From assembly GCA_963841735.1 (NCBI GenBank), contig CAWJDT010000001.1, forward strand, positions 1,344,001 through 1,408,000: a stretch of DNA of 64,000 nt, in the 5' to 3' direction. Source of the stretch: an uncultured Actinomycetes bacterium (GTDB lineage: Bacteria > Actinomycetota > Thermoleophilia > RBG-16-64-13). The translations under genes were made by a program, and so were the position numbers. Positions within the stretch are counted from its first letter, which is position 1, and the number at the start of each line of letters is the position of its first letter. Below are positions 36,433 through 46,568 of this stretch, piece by piece. Under the pieces are notes generated by a model that was not told where the DNA came from, did no database searches, and saw only the letters and a list, made by a program, of their open reading frames with translations.

Positions 36433-37653
36433 CTACTCCTGCTCGCTCAGCGGGCAACTAACCCCGGTCACGCTCATGGCAGCGAGGCAACGGTTGCAGC
36501 TGTCGCAGTCGGACTCGGTGATCTCGCCGCGCTGGCACCGGGCCACGAAGTCCGGGTCGCGGACGGTCGAGCGACCCACCTGCACGAAGGCAAACCCCTT
36601 CTGCACGAGACGCTCCATGTCGGCGAACGAACGGACTCCGCCTACATAGGCCACTGGGATGTCCACCGCCTCGAGCACTAGGCTGGCCTGCTGTTCCAGG
36701 AAACAGGGTTCGAACGGGTAGCGCTGCACCAGGGCCCATCCGAACATCGCCATGCCCAGCTTGGTGAGCAGCTTGGGTTGAGCGCGCGCGAACGCGAGGG
36801 TGGGGACATTGCCTCGCAGCATGTAGAGGGGAGTGCGCGCGGTGAAACCGCAGGACGGCACCAGAGCGGTCGCTCCCGCCGCTTCGTAGGCCGCCGCGAC
36901 CTCGACCGCCTCGTCGATCTCCAGGCCGCCCTTCATGCCGTCGCGCAGGTTTGTCTTCACCAGGACGGGGTATTCGGGGCCGAGGGCTGCTCTCACCTGC
37001 TCGATCACCGCCACCGGGAAGCGCAGCCGGTTGGTGAGCGGCCCGCCGTATTGGTCGGTTCTGTGATTGGTCCACGGGGAGACGAACTGGCTGAGCAGAT
37101 AGCCGTGTCCCGCGTGGATCTCCACCGCGTCGAATCCCGCCTCGCGGGCCATTTGGGCGGCCCGGACGAAATCGGCCGTCTTAGCGTCGATGTCCTGTTG
37201 AGTCATCTCCTGACAATATGAGACACGGAAGAGGCAGAATTTGGGCGAAGCGCCCAGGGGCCGCCGCTTGATCACCGAGGGGCTGGCGAAGAAGCCGCAA
37301 TGTCCCAACTGGATGGAGGCAGCCGCTCCTTCGGCGTGAACGGCCTCGGTGAATCTACGCAGGCCCGGCATGATCTCGGGTCTCATCCACAGCTCGTGGC
37401 CGAAGGCGCGCCCGTCGAAGCTGACAGAGCAGTACGAGAGGGTCGTCATCCCCACCCCACCGGCGGCCACCCGGCGGTGGTGCTCTATGAGGCGGTCGGT
37501 CACCTCGCCTCCATGGGAGAGGCCCTCGAAGCAGCCGGCCCTGACCACACGGTTGCGCAAGGTGAGGCCGCCGAGAGTCAGCGGCTGGAGCACTGCGGGC
37601 GTCTTGTCGGTCACGGGATGGGGTCCTTCCGGTCTTGGGCTTGACAGTCTCAT
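36433..37653 (-). CDS. NADH:flavin oxidoreductase (Old Yellow Enzyme family)
   Basis: LRNRVV, IQLGHCG, AGFDAVEIHAGHGYLLSQF.SP.TN.RTD.YGG..NRLRF, C-terminal CDSCNRC; start 37653 or GTG 37614. Confidence 0.9.
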   Translation of the reverse strand: MRLSSPRPEGPHPVTDKTPAVLQPLTLGGLTLRNRVVRAGCFEGLSHGGEVTDRLIEHHRRVAAGGVGMTTLSYCSVSFDGRAFGHELWMRPEIMPGLRRFTEAVHAEGAAASIQLGHCGFFASPSVIKRRPLGASPKFCLFRVSYCQEMTQQDIDAKTADFVRAAQMAREAGFDAVEIHAGHGYLLSQFVSPWTNHRTDQYGGPLTNRLRFPVAVIEQVRAALGPEYPVLVKTNLRDGMKGGLEIDEAVEVAAAYEAAGATALVPSCGFTARTPLYMLRGNVPTLAFARAQPKLLTKLGMAMFGWALVQRYPFEPCFLEQQASLVLEAVDIPVAYVGGVRSFADMERLVQKGFAFVQVGRSTVRDPDFVARCQRGEITESDCDSCNRCLAAMSVTGVSCPLSEQE

Positions 37654-38369
37654 CCCAACAACGACATCCCGGCGGCGGCCGCGAAACCCAGCACCGTGGC
37701 GAGGCCCACCAGCCTGCCGCCGTGCTCGTAGGCCTCGGGGATCATGGCGTCCGCCAACATGGTGAGCATGGCTCCAGCCGCGAAGGCCTGGACCACGCGC
37801 GCGTCGGCGGAGGGCATCCACTCGACGAAGCCGCTGCCTAGCGCCGCGAAACCGGCCGAGACCAGCACCAGCGCGATCCACATCCAGAGCGTGCTTCGCC
37901 GTGAGTGACCCGCAGCGGTGAGGTTGACCGTCCCGGCCAGACCCTCGGGGATGTTGGACACGAACACGGCCACAAGAAAGGCCACGCTGACCGAGCCACC
38001 CAGCGCCAGGCCCATGCCCAGCACGATCGACTCGGGGATGGCGTCGAGCAACGTGCCTATGAAGATGGCCGCGCCCGAACCCTTCTCGGCCTTGGCGCCG
38101 ATCCTCTTGCGGTGAACACCGCCCCAGTTGTCTACGAACCAGTCGCCCGTGAAGAAGACCAGCGCGCCCAATACAAAGGCTACGGCCGTGCCCCAGCCTC
38201 CGATGGCCGACTCGGGCACCAGCTCGTAGGCGATGGCACTTATCAGAGCGCCTGCGCCAAAGCCCATGAATAGCCCGATCGTCCGGTTGGCCAGCCCGCG
38301 CCCGGCCAGCAGGTACCCGGCGAGCAGGGAGAGGGCGGCCAGCCCGCCCCAGAGAGCGGCCGCAATCAT
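37650..38369 (-). CDS. ZIP-family metal transporter
   Basis: FGAGALISA, LDAIPES, SNIPEGLAG, AFAAGAML, MIPEAYE. Confidence 0.88.
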   Translation of the reverse strand: MIAAALWGGLAALSLLAGYLLAGRGLANRTIGLFMGFGAGALISAIAYELVPESAIGGWGTAVAFVLGALVFFTGDWFVDNWGGVHRKRIGAKAEKGSGAAIFIGTLLDAIPESIVLGMGLALGGSVSVAFLVAVFVSNIPEGLAGTVNLTAAGHSRRSTLWMWIALVLVSAGFAALGSGFVEWMPSADARVVQAFAAGAMLTMLADAMIPEAYEHGGRLVGLATVLGFAAAAGMSLLG

Positions 38370-38400
38370 GTAGGGCCTCCCCTGTGGAGCGCGGCCGCGA

Positions 38401-39462
38401 TCATCTGTCGGCCCTTACATCCGCCAGCGTCCGCCGGAAGGCTTCTTCGCGGGAGACTATGGGCTCATATCCGAAGTCCCGCTCAGCCCGATCGTGCCGG
38501 TAGGTGTGGTCCACGCAGGTCTGGATCACGGCGAAACGGTTGAAGTTGGAGCGGGGTGCCACTACCTCGGCCACGCAGGCCAATCCGTAGGCCACGGGGT
38601 AGGGTATGCGCCGCCGAGGGATCGGCAGATCCAGGGCCGCCAAGAACGGGTCCATGAAGTCGAAGAAGTTGTCGGCCGGGTAGTGATCGCCTATGAAGTA
38701 AGGGCGCCCAGCCATCAGCGAACCCGGAAACAGATGAGTGGCTGCGCATACGTGCGCATGGGCCACGTTCTCGGAGTAGGCGTGGCTGAAGCAGGCCTTG
38801 CCGCTGCCCAGCCGTAGTTTGTTGCCCTTGCGGGCCATGGCCAGGATATTACCCAGGTGATAGCGGTCCCGCGGGCCGTACATGCCCACCGGCCGGAGGG
38901 CACTGGTGGCCAGGTCGGGGCCGTCGGCGGCTAGTACCAAGTGCTCGGCCTCTATCTTGGTGCGGCTGTAGGGGTCGCGGGGCAAGCGCCTGGGGTAGGG
39001 CAGCGACTCGTCGCCGTCCACGATGGGCCGGCGCCCGTCGACCACCACGTCGATGGTGCTCGTGTAGACGAGCCTCTGGATGCCGAGCTTCCGGCAGACC
39101 TCAACCACCAAGCGGTTGCCACCCACGTTGACTTCGTCGTACACGCGAGCCGGGGTTCTCACGTCCCAGACGGCGGCGGCGGTCTGGAAGACCACGTCCA
39201 CGCCGGCGCAGGCGGCTTCGACGTCCTCTCGGGAGCGGATGTCGCCCACCCGGGCCTCACAAAGCGGTTCCGGTGCCGGCTGCGTATCGAGGATGCGCAT
39301 CTGCTTGCCCGCCGCGGCCAACTGCTTGACGATCTCGAAACCGAGCATCCCCGCGCCCCCGATCACCAGGCAGCGCTGGAAGTCGCGAGTGTCGCCGGCC
39401 GATGCCGCGACCGCGGGCTGGGGCGGGGTGTCGCCCGCCGATGCCGCCGCCGGATTGCTCAT
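38401..39462 (-). CDS. Extended SDR, 3-beta-hydroxysteroid dehydrogenase/epimerase family
   Basis: GGAGMLG, LVYTST, YSRTK, LRPVGMYGP, AERDFGYEP. Confidence 0.85.
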   Translation of the reverse strand: MSNPAAASAGDTPPQPAVAASAGDTRDFQRCLVIGGAGMLGFEIVKQLAAAGKQMRILDTQPAPEPLCEARVGDIRSREDVEAACAGVDVVFQTAAAVWDVRTPARVYDEVNVGGNRLVVEVCRKLGIQRLVYTSTIDVVVDGRRPIVDGDESLPYPRRLPRDPYSRTKIEAEHLVLAADGPDLATSALRPVGMYGPRDRYHLGNILAMARKGNKLRLGSGKACFSHAYSENVAHAHVCAATHLFPGSLMAGRPYFIGDHYPADNFFDFMDPFLAALDLPIPRRRIPYPVAYGLACVAEVVAPRSNFNRFAVIQTCVDHTYRHDRAERDFGYEPIVSREEAFRRTLADVRADR

Positions 39463-39755
39463 GCGCCGGCGCTCCTGTCCGCGCTTTCGCCCGCGGGCCG
39501 ACGGGCTTTCACCGTGATCGCGCTCTGCGGGCAAAGAGCCACGCACTTGCCGCAGCCGGTGCAGAGCGACGGCCAGAGGGGGGTAACGCGCCATTTCCTG
39601 GGGTCGAAAGGGTCATCTTCCACGGCGCCCAGGGTCTGGTGGAGTAGGAACAGAGCCGGGTCACAGGTCCGCAGGCAGAGGCCGCACTCTCGGGGGTCCA
39701 CTCCGGCGCCGTCGCCGCAGCGGGTGTAGTCAATGGCGATCCGGTTGCGTCTCAC
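39459..39755 (-). CDS. Ferredoxin-like 4Fe-4S protein
   Basis: C...CGLCLRTCDP and CTGCGKCVALCP. Confidence 0.8.
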   Translation of the reverse strand: MRRNRIAIDYTRCGDGAGVDPRECGLCLRTCDPALFLLHQTLGAVEDDPFDPRKWRVTPLWPSLCTGCGKCVALCPQSAITVKARRPAGESADRSAGA

Positions 39756-39795
39756 AGATGGTGCCTAATCTAAAGGTCAGCTTGACGGTAAGGCT

Positions 39796-40665
39796 TTAGT
39801 ATTTACCGGCGAAAGCCGGGACGTGGTCTCGCGGCACCAGGAAGAGCGCGTCCGTGGGGCAGGCGTGGCGGCACACCCCGCAGCCGTAGCAGCTTTCCCG
39901 GTCGACTACCGGGTGGTCCAGGGCCTTATCCATGCGCAGGGCGCCGAAGGGGCACTTGGCCACGCAGGCGCCGCAGCCATAGCACAGCGAGTCGTTCAAC
40001 TCCACCAGGTACTCCGCCTTGTAGACGGACTTCACGCCAAAGTCCACCCGCGGCCTGAGGCCGGCGCACTCCGGGTTCGCACACGAGCAAAGGTTGTTGA
40101 TGTAGGGAAACGGTCCGTACCAGATGGTGCCGATGTACCCCTTGGTGTTGTGCTCGCGGAAGCGGGCCACCGCCTCATCGCGTGAAAGGTGGTACTTCTC
40201 CTTCTCGGGGATGAAGCGCGGCAACTTATCGATGATCTCCGACATGACCCCGAAGTTGATGCAGCAGGACTCTTTGACCCCACGGCTCATGTAGCGGCAC
40301 ATGCAGTTCTTCTCGATGATGGGCTCCGCGGCGCAATGCTGCAAGATGGCCTCGGCGTCCTCAAGCGGCACCACTTGGCCGATGTGCCCCTCGGGGCGGA
40401 ACGGGTTGACTGGGGGCTTGTGGCTCTGAAGCATACGTTCGGCCAGCCTTTTGACCACCCGGCCGATGATGGGCATGCGGAAGGTGTAGTCCATGCCCAC
40501 GGGACTCACCCCGGCCACCTTGCGTACCGACATCTGCTCGAAGTTGGTGTACTGCTCGAGCAAGAACTCTCGGAGGTTGTACTTCTCGGCGATCTCGTCG
40601 GAGTAGTGCTCGGCGTTGAGGTACCACTTGCCTCCGGCGCCGTGTTTCATACAGTTCTCACACAT
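39796..40665 (-). CDS. 4Fe-4S dicluster-domain protein
   Basis: MCENCMKHG..KWYL, CMCR, NLCSC...C, C-terminal CYGCGACVAKCP and CYGCGVCRHACP. Confidence 0.85.
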   Translation of the reverse strand: MCENCMKHGAGGKWYLNAEHYSDEIAEKYNLREFLLEQYTNFEQMSVRKVAGVSPVGMDYTFRMPIIGRVVKRLAERMLQSHKPPVNPFRPEGHIGQVVPLEDAEAILQHCAAEPIIEKNCMCRYMSRGVKESCCINFGVMSEIIDKLPRFIPEKEKYHLSRDEAVARFREHNTKGYIGTIWYGPFPYINNLCSCANPECAGLRPRVDFGVKSVYKAEYLVELNDSLCYGCGACVAKCPFGALRMDKALDHPVVDRESCYGCGVCRHACPTDALFLVPRDHVPAFAGKY

Positions 40666-40730
40666 GACAGCTGATGATGACGGATGGCTCCGGTGATGGC
40701 AACTCCGATCGCAGAGGCTTCTTCCGGTCG

Positions 40731-40778
40731 GAAAACGAAACAGGCCCCCGGCCATCGAGAGATGGCCGGGGGCCTGTT
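40731..40778 (-). terminator. Rho-independent terminator of DUF3068 gene
   Basis: 18-bp stem 40739-56 / 40761-78, 4-nt loop, T-rich tail on minus strand. Confidence 0.8.
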
Positions 40779-40819
40779 CACCGTTCTTACAACGTTCTAC
40801 GCGCGGTTGCCTCTGGGCT

Positions 40820-42025
40820 CTACTCCTGGCTCGGGACGACAGGCGCCGCGGGCTTGCGGGCTTTCGTGATGAGCAGTGCAGCTGCGAGCAGCAGGATGAC
40901 CCCGACGATCACTACGATCAGCGGTATCCACATGTTGACGAATCCCATCAGAGAAGCCTTACTCTTGGCGTCTTTGGCGAGGGTCTCCTCACTGGCCGGG
41001 ATGATGCTCATGCTCTGGTTGAACACCTTTGTGGCCGGTGCCTGTCCCAACTGAGTCGCCGCTCCCATAGCCGCGGCGATTGCCGGGCCGACTGTGGGAT
41101 CGGTCGCGTACTTGCCGATGATCGCGAAGGCCCCCATGAGACCGGCGGTATCCGGTTGCATGGTGGTGGTGCGATCGAAGGCGGCCCCGACGGTGGCGCC
41201 GGTCTTCGCCTCGATGTAGATGGCGTCGCCGCTCTCCTGCTTGTAGATCATCTTGATGGGCTGCTGAGTGAGTGCCTGCAGGGCCTGCATGTCCTCAGCG
41301 CTTGCCACCGGGAGCAGCGCGCCCATAAGGGCATCGAGGTCGAGTCCCTGGGCCTTCAGTTGGGCGCTGAGTTGCGCGAAGGTGATCTCCATAGGTAGGC
41401 CCTGGCCGCCCAGCACCGCCTGCGCTATGGGTGGGTAGTACTCGGTGGCCGGGCGCGTAGCGTCGATCTTGATGGCCGTGATCCCCAGGCCGTTGTAGTT
41501 GTCGATCTTCTGCGCGACCTTGATATCGAACGCCGTGTTGACGTCATTGAAGAAAGCCGAGACGGTAGTCCCGACCTTGAGGCCGCCGGGGAAGATGGGA
41601 CCGTACTTGCCCACCCGGGCGCTCATGATCATCTCGGGGCTGTAGGCCCAGTTCTCGTTGCTCTCAACGCACTCGCGTGTCTTCCGATCAAGAGCGTACA
41701 TAGTGATCTGCGCGGGGCTCTCCTGACCGCCGGCGGTCATGAGGATGGTGTCCGAGCAGACCGCCATGCTGGAGGTGTACTTGTCAGAAACCGAGGCGAA
41801 CGTGCGGAGGACGGTGAAGGGGATGGCCACCTCCTGGCCCGCGGGAAGCGACTGCCCGGTCGCCGGGTCTATGTATTTGGTCAGGGTCCCTTCAAAATCC
41901 ATTTTGACGTCGAGGTCGCTCGGCAGCTTGGTCAGCGACGGTGCCAGCACCACCCACCACACGACGGCCACCACGACCAATACGATACCGACGATTCCAA
42001 ACGCGATGCTGCTCTTCTTTCCCAC
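40820..42025 (-). CDS. DUF3068 / porin PorA-family protein
   Basis: N- and C-terminal TM, KLPSDLD, YALDRKTRE, IEAKTGA; AGGAGG RBS before GTG. Confidence 0.7.
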   Translation of the reverse strand: MGKKSSIAFGIVGIVLVVVAVVWWVVLAPSLTKLPSDLDVKMDFEGTLTKYIDPATGQSLPAGQEVAIPFTVLRTFASVSDKYTSSMAVCSDTILMTAGGQESPAQITMYALDRKTRECVESNENWAYSPEMIMSARVGKYGPIFPGGLKVGTTVSAFFNDVNTAFDIKVAQKIDNYNGLGITAIKIDATRPATEYYPPIAQAVLGGQGLPMEITFAQLSAQLKAQGLDLDALMGALLPVASAEDMQALQALTQQPIKMIYKQESGDAIYIEAKTGATVGAAFDRTTTMQPDTAGLMGAFAIIGKYATDPTVGPAIAAAMGAATQLGQAPATKVFNQSMSIIPASEETLAKDAKSKASLMGFVNMWIPLIVVIVGVILLLAAALLITKARKPAAPVVPSQE

Positions 42026-42297
42026 GTATACCCCTCCTCGTGTCAAGGAAATCAATGGCAACTCTGCATGCAGAGAACTCGCGCATGCTACGGACTGTGC
42101 CGTCATTAAGAATGAAGGGGCATCCTTTGTCAAGGACGGGGGTGTCGCGTCTCTCGCATCCACGATGTAATCCATCGAGGCCGCGGAAAGGCGGCCCCGT
42201 GTTTGCGGTGGCGGTATGCTGGGGAGGACCTGACGGTGCAGTGGCGCCGCGGGTCTAACGACCGGCCGGCTCCTCACTTATCCGTAAGGTAGGCCTC

Positions 42298-43320
42298 ATG
42301 AGAAAGATAGACTTCGAGACCCACTTCGCCACTCAAGCCTGGGTGGACGCCCTGCACGCCAACGAGGGCTACCCGCGCTTCGAGCGGGACAGGGAGACCA
42401 AAGTCCTGCGCCTTTGCTATCAGCCTGTCGCCGCTGAACCCTATGGGGACGCTCTGGTGGAGAAGCTGCTTGACCTGGGCAAAGGGAGGCTGGAGCGGAT
42501 GGACGCCGCCGGTATCAATCTGGCCGTTCTCTCGCTGGTCGCTCCGGGAGTTGAACAGTTCGAGCGCGGCTTGGCGGTCGGAATGGCCCGCGATTCCAAC
42601 GACATCCTCGCCGAGGCCGTCGCCAACAACCCCGGACGCTACCAGGGCTACGCCGCTCTTGCGGTACAAGATGTGGATGCCTCAGTCAAGGAACTGGAGC
42701 GGGCCGTCAAGGAATTGGGGTTCAAGGGCTGGAAGACGCACTGCAACTACAGTGATTCATATTTGGATAACAAGCGCTACTGGCCCATCCTTGCGAAGGC
42801 CGAGGAGCTGGGTGCCACCATCTACCTGCATCCCACCGTGCCTATCATCCCCGACTTCTGGACATACGGCATCGCTCTGGCCGGGCCGCCCTTTGGTTTC
42901 GGTGTCGCGACCGAGCTGGCCATGCTGCGTCTGGTGTTGAGTGGCGTTTTTGACGCCTTTCCCGGGCTGAAGATCGCCCTCGGGCATTACGGCGAGGGGC
43001 TGCCCTTTCTCATGGAGCGCATCGATTGGGCCTTCGTGTCGCCGCACGTCAAGTCGGACAAGGGTGCGCTGGTCGATATCAAGAAGAAGCCCAGCCAATA
43101 CCTGCACGAGAACATGGTTGTGAGTACCAGCGGCAACTACCTGCCGGCGGCTTTCAAGTGCACTCGGGAAGCTCTGGGCATGGACAAGATCCTTCTGGGC
43201 ACCGACTACCCGTTCCAGGACATGGTGGCGAGCTTGGACTATCTCGAGGGACTCGGTATGACGGCCGAGGAGAAGGACATGCTCTACGGCGGCAATGCGG
43301 AGGCCATGGGACTCGTATAG
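42298..43320 (+). CDS. Amidohydrolase_2 family protein (aromatic acid decarboxylase-like)
   Basis: KIDFETHF, RMDAAGI, IYLHP, GHYGEGLPF, TSGN, GTDYPF. Confidence 0.88.
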   Translation: MRKIDFETHFATQAWVDALHANEGYPRFERDRETKVLRLCYQPVAAEPYGDALVEKLLDLGKGRLERMDAAGINLAVLSLVAPGVEQFERGLAVGMARDSNDILAEAVANNPGRYQGYAALAVQDVDASVKELERAVKELGFKGWKTHCNYSDSYLDNKRYWPILAKAEELGATIYLHPTVPIIPDFWTYGIALAGPPFGFGVATELAMLRLVLSGVFDAFPGLKIALGHYGEGLPFLMERIDWAFVSPHVKSDKGALVDIKKKPSQYLHENMVVSTSGNYLPAAFKCTREALGMDKILLGTDYPFQDMVASLDYLEGLGMTAEEKDMLYGGNAEAMGLV

Positions 43321-43346
43321 AGCGGACACGGAGAAGGAGACAGGCT

Positions 43347-43700
43347 ATGAGCAGATTGGTGGATGTAGGAGCGGTTGGGGATCTGGTCAGTGGGACCATG
43401 AAGGCCATTACAGTGGAGGCGCGGGAGCTGCTTCTGGCGCGAGTGGGAGATGAATACTACGCCGTCGACGATCTCTGCCCGCATATGGACGCCCGGCTCT
43501 CGCGGGGCAGTCTACAGGGAGCCGTCGTGGTCTGCCCAAAACACGGCTCGCGTTTTGACCTGAGCGACGGCCGGGTGGTCCAGTGGACGGAATGGTCCGG
43601 TGTCAAGTTGAGCCTGGCCAAGGCTCTGAAGTCCCCGCGGCCACTCAAGACCTATCCCGTGCGCTTGCAGGAAGGACGGCTTCTGGTCGAGCTGGACTGA
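43347..43700 (+). CDS. Rieske-type [2Fe-2S] ferredoxin
   Basis: CPH and CPKHGSRFD motifs; AAGGAG RBS. Confidence 0.9.
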   Translation: MSRLVDVGAVGDLVSGTMKAITVEARELLLARVGDEYYAVDDLCPHMDARLSRGSLQGAVVVCPKHGSRFDLSDGRVVQWTEWSGVKLSLAKALKSPRPLKTYPVRLQEGRLLVELD

Positions 43701-43777
43701 GTCGCTTAACGGGGACTTTATTCGTCGCCGTGTAGACTCGCGGCAAGAATCGAAAGGCGATACCGTCGCCCAGAAGA

Positions 43778-44107
43778 GTGATGGGAGATGCGATGTTGGG
43801 TTTAGAGCGCGGACTGATGCAATTTGGCGGGGAGCGCGTGCTTGGGATTGGCGGCGACCACGAACCGCTTCAGATCTTGTGTATGGTTCTCGGCCTGATT
43901 CTGTGGGCGCTTGTAGTGACCACCTTGGTGTTGTTGATCATCAAATTGGTGCGGCACCTCCGGACCCCCGGGTCCTCAGCGGCGGCCCTGCCCGCGGCGA
44001 GCGGAGATCCGGCTGCCCTGAAGATCCTCGAGGAGCGCTATGCCCGCGGGGAGATCGATCAGGCAGATTATCTGGCGCGCAAGAAAGACTTGACCGGCCT
44101 GTCCTAG
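43778..44107 (+). CDS. SHOCT-domain membrane protein
   Basis: TM helix then ALKILEERYARGEID...Y..RKKDL; start uncertain. Confidence 0.8.
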   Translation: MMGDAMLGLERGLMQFGGERVLGIGGDHEPLQILCMVLGLILWALVVTTLVLLIIKLVRHLRTPGSSAAALPAASGDPAALKILEERYARGEIDQADYLARKKDLTGLS

Positions 44108-44153
44108 GCACCCTCCCTGCCGCGGCCGCCCGGCGCGACGCGGAACCCCCGAT

Positions 44154-44194
44154 ACGCTCCGTGAGGGCAACCCTCCCGCCCTCACGGAGCGTTT
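44154..44194 (+). terminator. Terminator-like hairpin
   Basis: 15-bp stem ACGCTCCGTGAGGGC / GCCCTCACGGAGCGT with short T tail. Confidence 0.6.
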
Positions 44195-44222
44195 GCTATG
44201 AGGATGGTGTAGACTTCTGCCC

Positions 44223-46511
44223 ATGAAGAGTTATGGCGCGCTGTATCGGCGCCGAGACCCTCACCAGATGAACGACAGCCGGGGCGTACGCCGCTCCATT
44301 GGCTTTGTAGTTGCCGTGATCGCTGCAGCGATCGCTATCGGCTTCGTGATTCTCCCTGCCTCCTCCGCTTCCGCGGGCAACTTCGTCTTCTACGGCCGGG
44401 GCAACGGGCACGCCGTGGGTTTCAGCCAGTGGGGAGCGTGGGGAGGGGCCAGGGAAGGCCACACCTACAATGAGATTCTGGCTTTCTACTACCCCGGGAC
44501 CACGCTGCAAACGGTCAGCCCCTCCCAGAATGTGCTGACGGTGCGGATTTCGAGTAACCCGTACGGCTCCAGCAGCAGCCCCACCTATACGACTGTCGAC
44601 CTAAAGCCTACTGTATCCGCTGCGACTCTGCGAAAGTACACTTCCGCCACAGCCTTCACCACCGAAGATGTAGCCGTGGGCGTGCTCGTCAATACGGTGT
44701 GCAGCGCGGGCCACGTCATGGTGACCGTAGGGCCCGGGACTTCGCAGGGTCCATACGACAAGGTCGAGCTGGTGCCGGGTGGTACCGGTGACTCAGAGGG
44801 TCGGGTCTTTGTTCCAACCGTCCAGTCTTCTAATCACGGAGAGTTTTGGGGCACCGTGCTTGTCCGACCCGCTTCTTCGACCTCGTTGCTGATCGAGAAC
44901 TTGGTGCAGGTGGATCACTACGCCGCCGGTGTAGGCGAAGTCATATCCGACTGGGCTCGAAGCGACATGCCCGAGTGGTACGCGCTGGAGGCGGTCAAAG
45001 CTGAGGCGGTGGCCGCTCGCTCCTACGCTTTGGCAAAAGATGCGTCGGGCACGCTCTACGACAATGCTAACGACATCTGCTACTGGGGCTACACGTTCGA
45101 ACACAAGTATTCCGGGCTCACCCAGGCAGCCGCGGAGACTGCCGGCAAGATCCTGACCTATGGCGGCAATCCTATCTGGTCCTACGCTTCGGCCCACTCC
45201 GGTGGCTACACGACCGCTGTCGGTTTCTCATTGCCCTATATCGTCGCGCAGGCGGATCCTTGGAGTGCGGCGGCGCCTACGGCTCACCCCTCCTACCCAG
45301 GGCCGGGATGGCCATGGTCGCACACCTACACGGCGGCTGATCTCTCCGCTCAGGTCAACGGCCACATCACCAACCTCAGCACCGGCAGCACCGTGAACGT
45401 GGGCACGCTCCTCAGGATCACAGTCGCCTCCTACGAGAAGGCCTCCGACCCTGCGAGCCGTCCTCTCACCCTGTATCTGGTCGGGAGCACCGGAACGGCG
45501 ACCGTCAGCTTCAAGACCTTCGGGAATCTTCTTGGTTGGTCGACCATTCAAAGGTACGTCTACAGCATCACCAGCCCCGCCGTCACCACGGTACCTTGCG
45601 TCACCATCAGGGGCGCCGAACGCTTTGATACCGCCATCCGTGTCTCGCAGGCTATGTTCCCCGGACCCCTTCCTTCCGGTTCGGGCGTGGTCCTTGCCCC
45701 CGGCGAGACCTTCCCCGAAGCCCTCTGCGGGGCTCCGCTGGCCGCCGCCTATGGTGGCCCGGTGCTGCTCAACTCGCCCACGCTTCTCTTTGGATACGTG
45801 CGGGATGAGCTTGTCCGTCTGGCTCCAGACTATGTTTTCTGCATCGGCCTCTCGAGCGCGGTGGCCGCAGCCGTCAAGGCGGAGCTACCTGGCACAAACG
45901 TCATTACCATCAACGGTAGCGATGTCTACGACATGAGCTACCGGGTGGCTAAAGCCCTGCAGCAAAAAGTGGGCGACCTCACCGGTGCTACCGCTATCAT
46001 CACCATAGGCACCAACTTCCCCGATGCCCTGGGGGTCTCTCCGCTGGCCTGTGCCAAGCTGTGGCCCATACTCTTGACCGAACCCGGCACCGCGCGTGTG
46101 CCGGTGCCGTCCCTTAACCCCAAAGCCGGCCAGGCTCTATCTGAGCTAGGCATCACCCAGGTCATCAAGGTGGGCACCTACGTCACCACGGCGCCTGCGA
46201 TCAAGTACTACAACCTCTCCGGAGCCGATCGCTACTACACCAATGTAAATGTAGCCAAATGGGCCCAGGCCTGTGCCGGTCTGACCTATGATCATCTGGG
46301 CATCGCCACCGGAGACAAGTTCCCGGATGCTCTCGCTGCCGGGCCCTATATGGCGCGTGACCACGGCATACTGCTTATCAGCCCGCTCAACGGCGCCTTG
46401 CCCTCGGGCATCGCGGCCGAGATCTCCGCCAACGCCGCCGCTATCGACAAGGTGACCTTCTTTGCGATGATCGAGCCTGTGACCAGCCAGGTCCGGGCCC
46501 TTCTGCCGTAG
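44223..46511 (+). CDS. SpoIID/LytB-domain protein with cell wall binding repeat 2
   Basis: GRGNGHAVGFSQWGA, EAVKAEAVAARSYA; G.ERFDTA, FPEAL/FPDAL x3; TAGACT 7 nt before ATG. Confidence 0.88.
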   Translation: MKSYGALYRRRDPHQMNDSRGVRRSIGFVVAVIAAAIAIGFVILPASSASAGNFVFYGRGNGHAVGFSQWGAWGGAREGHTYNEILAFYYPGTTLQTVSPSQNVLTVRISSNPYGSSSSPTYTTVDLKPTVSAATLRKYTSATAFTTEDVAVGVLVNTVCSAGHVMVTVGPGTSQGPYDKVELVPGGTGDSEGRVFVPTVQSSNHGEFWGTVLVRPASSTSLLIENLVQVDHYAAGVGEVISDWARSDMPEWYALEAVKAEAVAARSYALAKDASGTLYDNANDICYWGYTFEHKYSGLTQAAAETAGKILTYGGNPIWSYASAHSGGYTTAVGFSLPYIVAQADPWSAAAPTAHPSYPGPGWPWSHTYTAADLSAQVNGHITNLSTGSTVNVGTLLRITVASYEKASDPASRPLTLYLVGSTGTATVSFKTFGNLLGWSTIQRYVYSITSPAVTTVPCVTIRGAERFDTAIRVSQAMFPGPLPSGSGVVLAPGETFPEALCGAPLAAAYGGPVLLNSPTLLFGYVRDELVRLAPDYVFCIGLSSAVAAAVKAELPGTNVITINGSDVYDMSYRVAKALQQKVGDLTGATAIITIGTNFPDALGVSPLACAKLWPILLTEPGTARVPVPSLNPKAGQALSELGITQVIKVGTYVTTAPAIKYYNLSGADRYYTNVNVAKWAQACAGLTYDHLGIATGDKFPDALAAGPYMARDHGILLISPLNGALPSGIAAEISANAAAIDKVTFFAMIEPVTSQVRALLP

Positions 46512-46568
46512 AATCCTATTTGAGGGACGCCTTGTCGCGTCCGCATCGGTGATCGGGGAGGTTGTCTC

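Noticed and set aside
39389-39447. Direct repeat encoding AASAGDT twice at the SDR N-terminus
   Set aside because: Small local duplication in a low-complexity extension; no wider pattern
42041-42135. Palindrome CTCTGCATGCAGAG (42062-75) and repeated TGTCAAGGA upstream of the DUF3068 gene
   Set aside because: Could be an operator or -35 boxes, but there is no second instance or linked regulator to support a call
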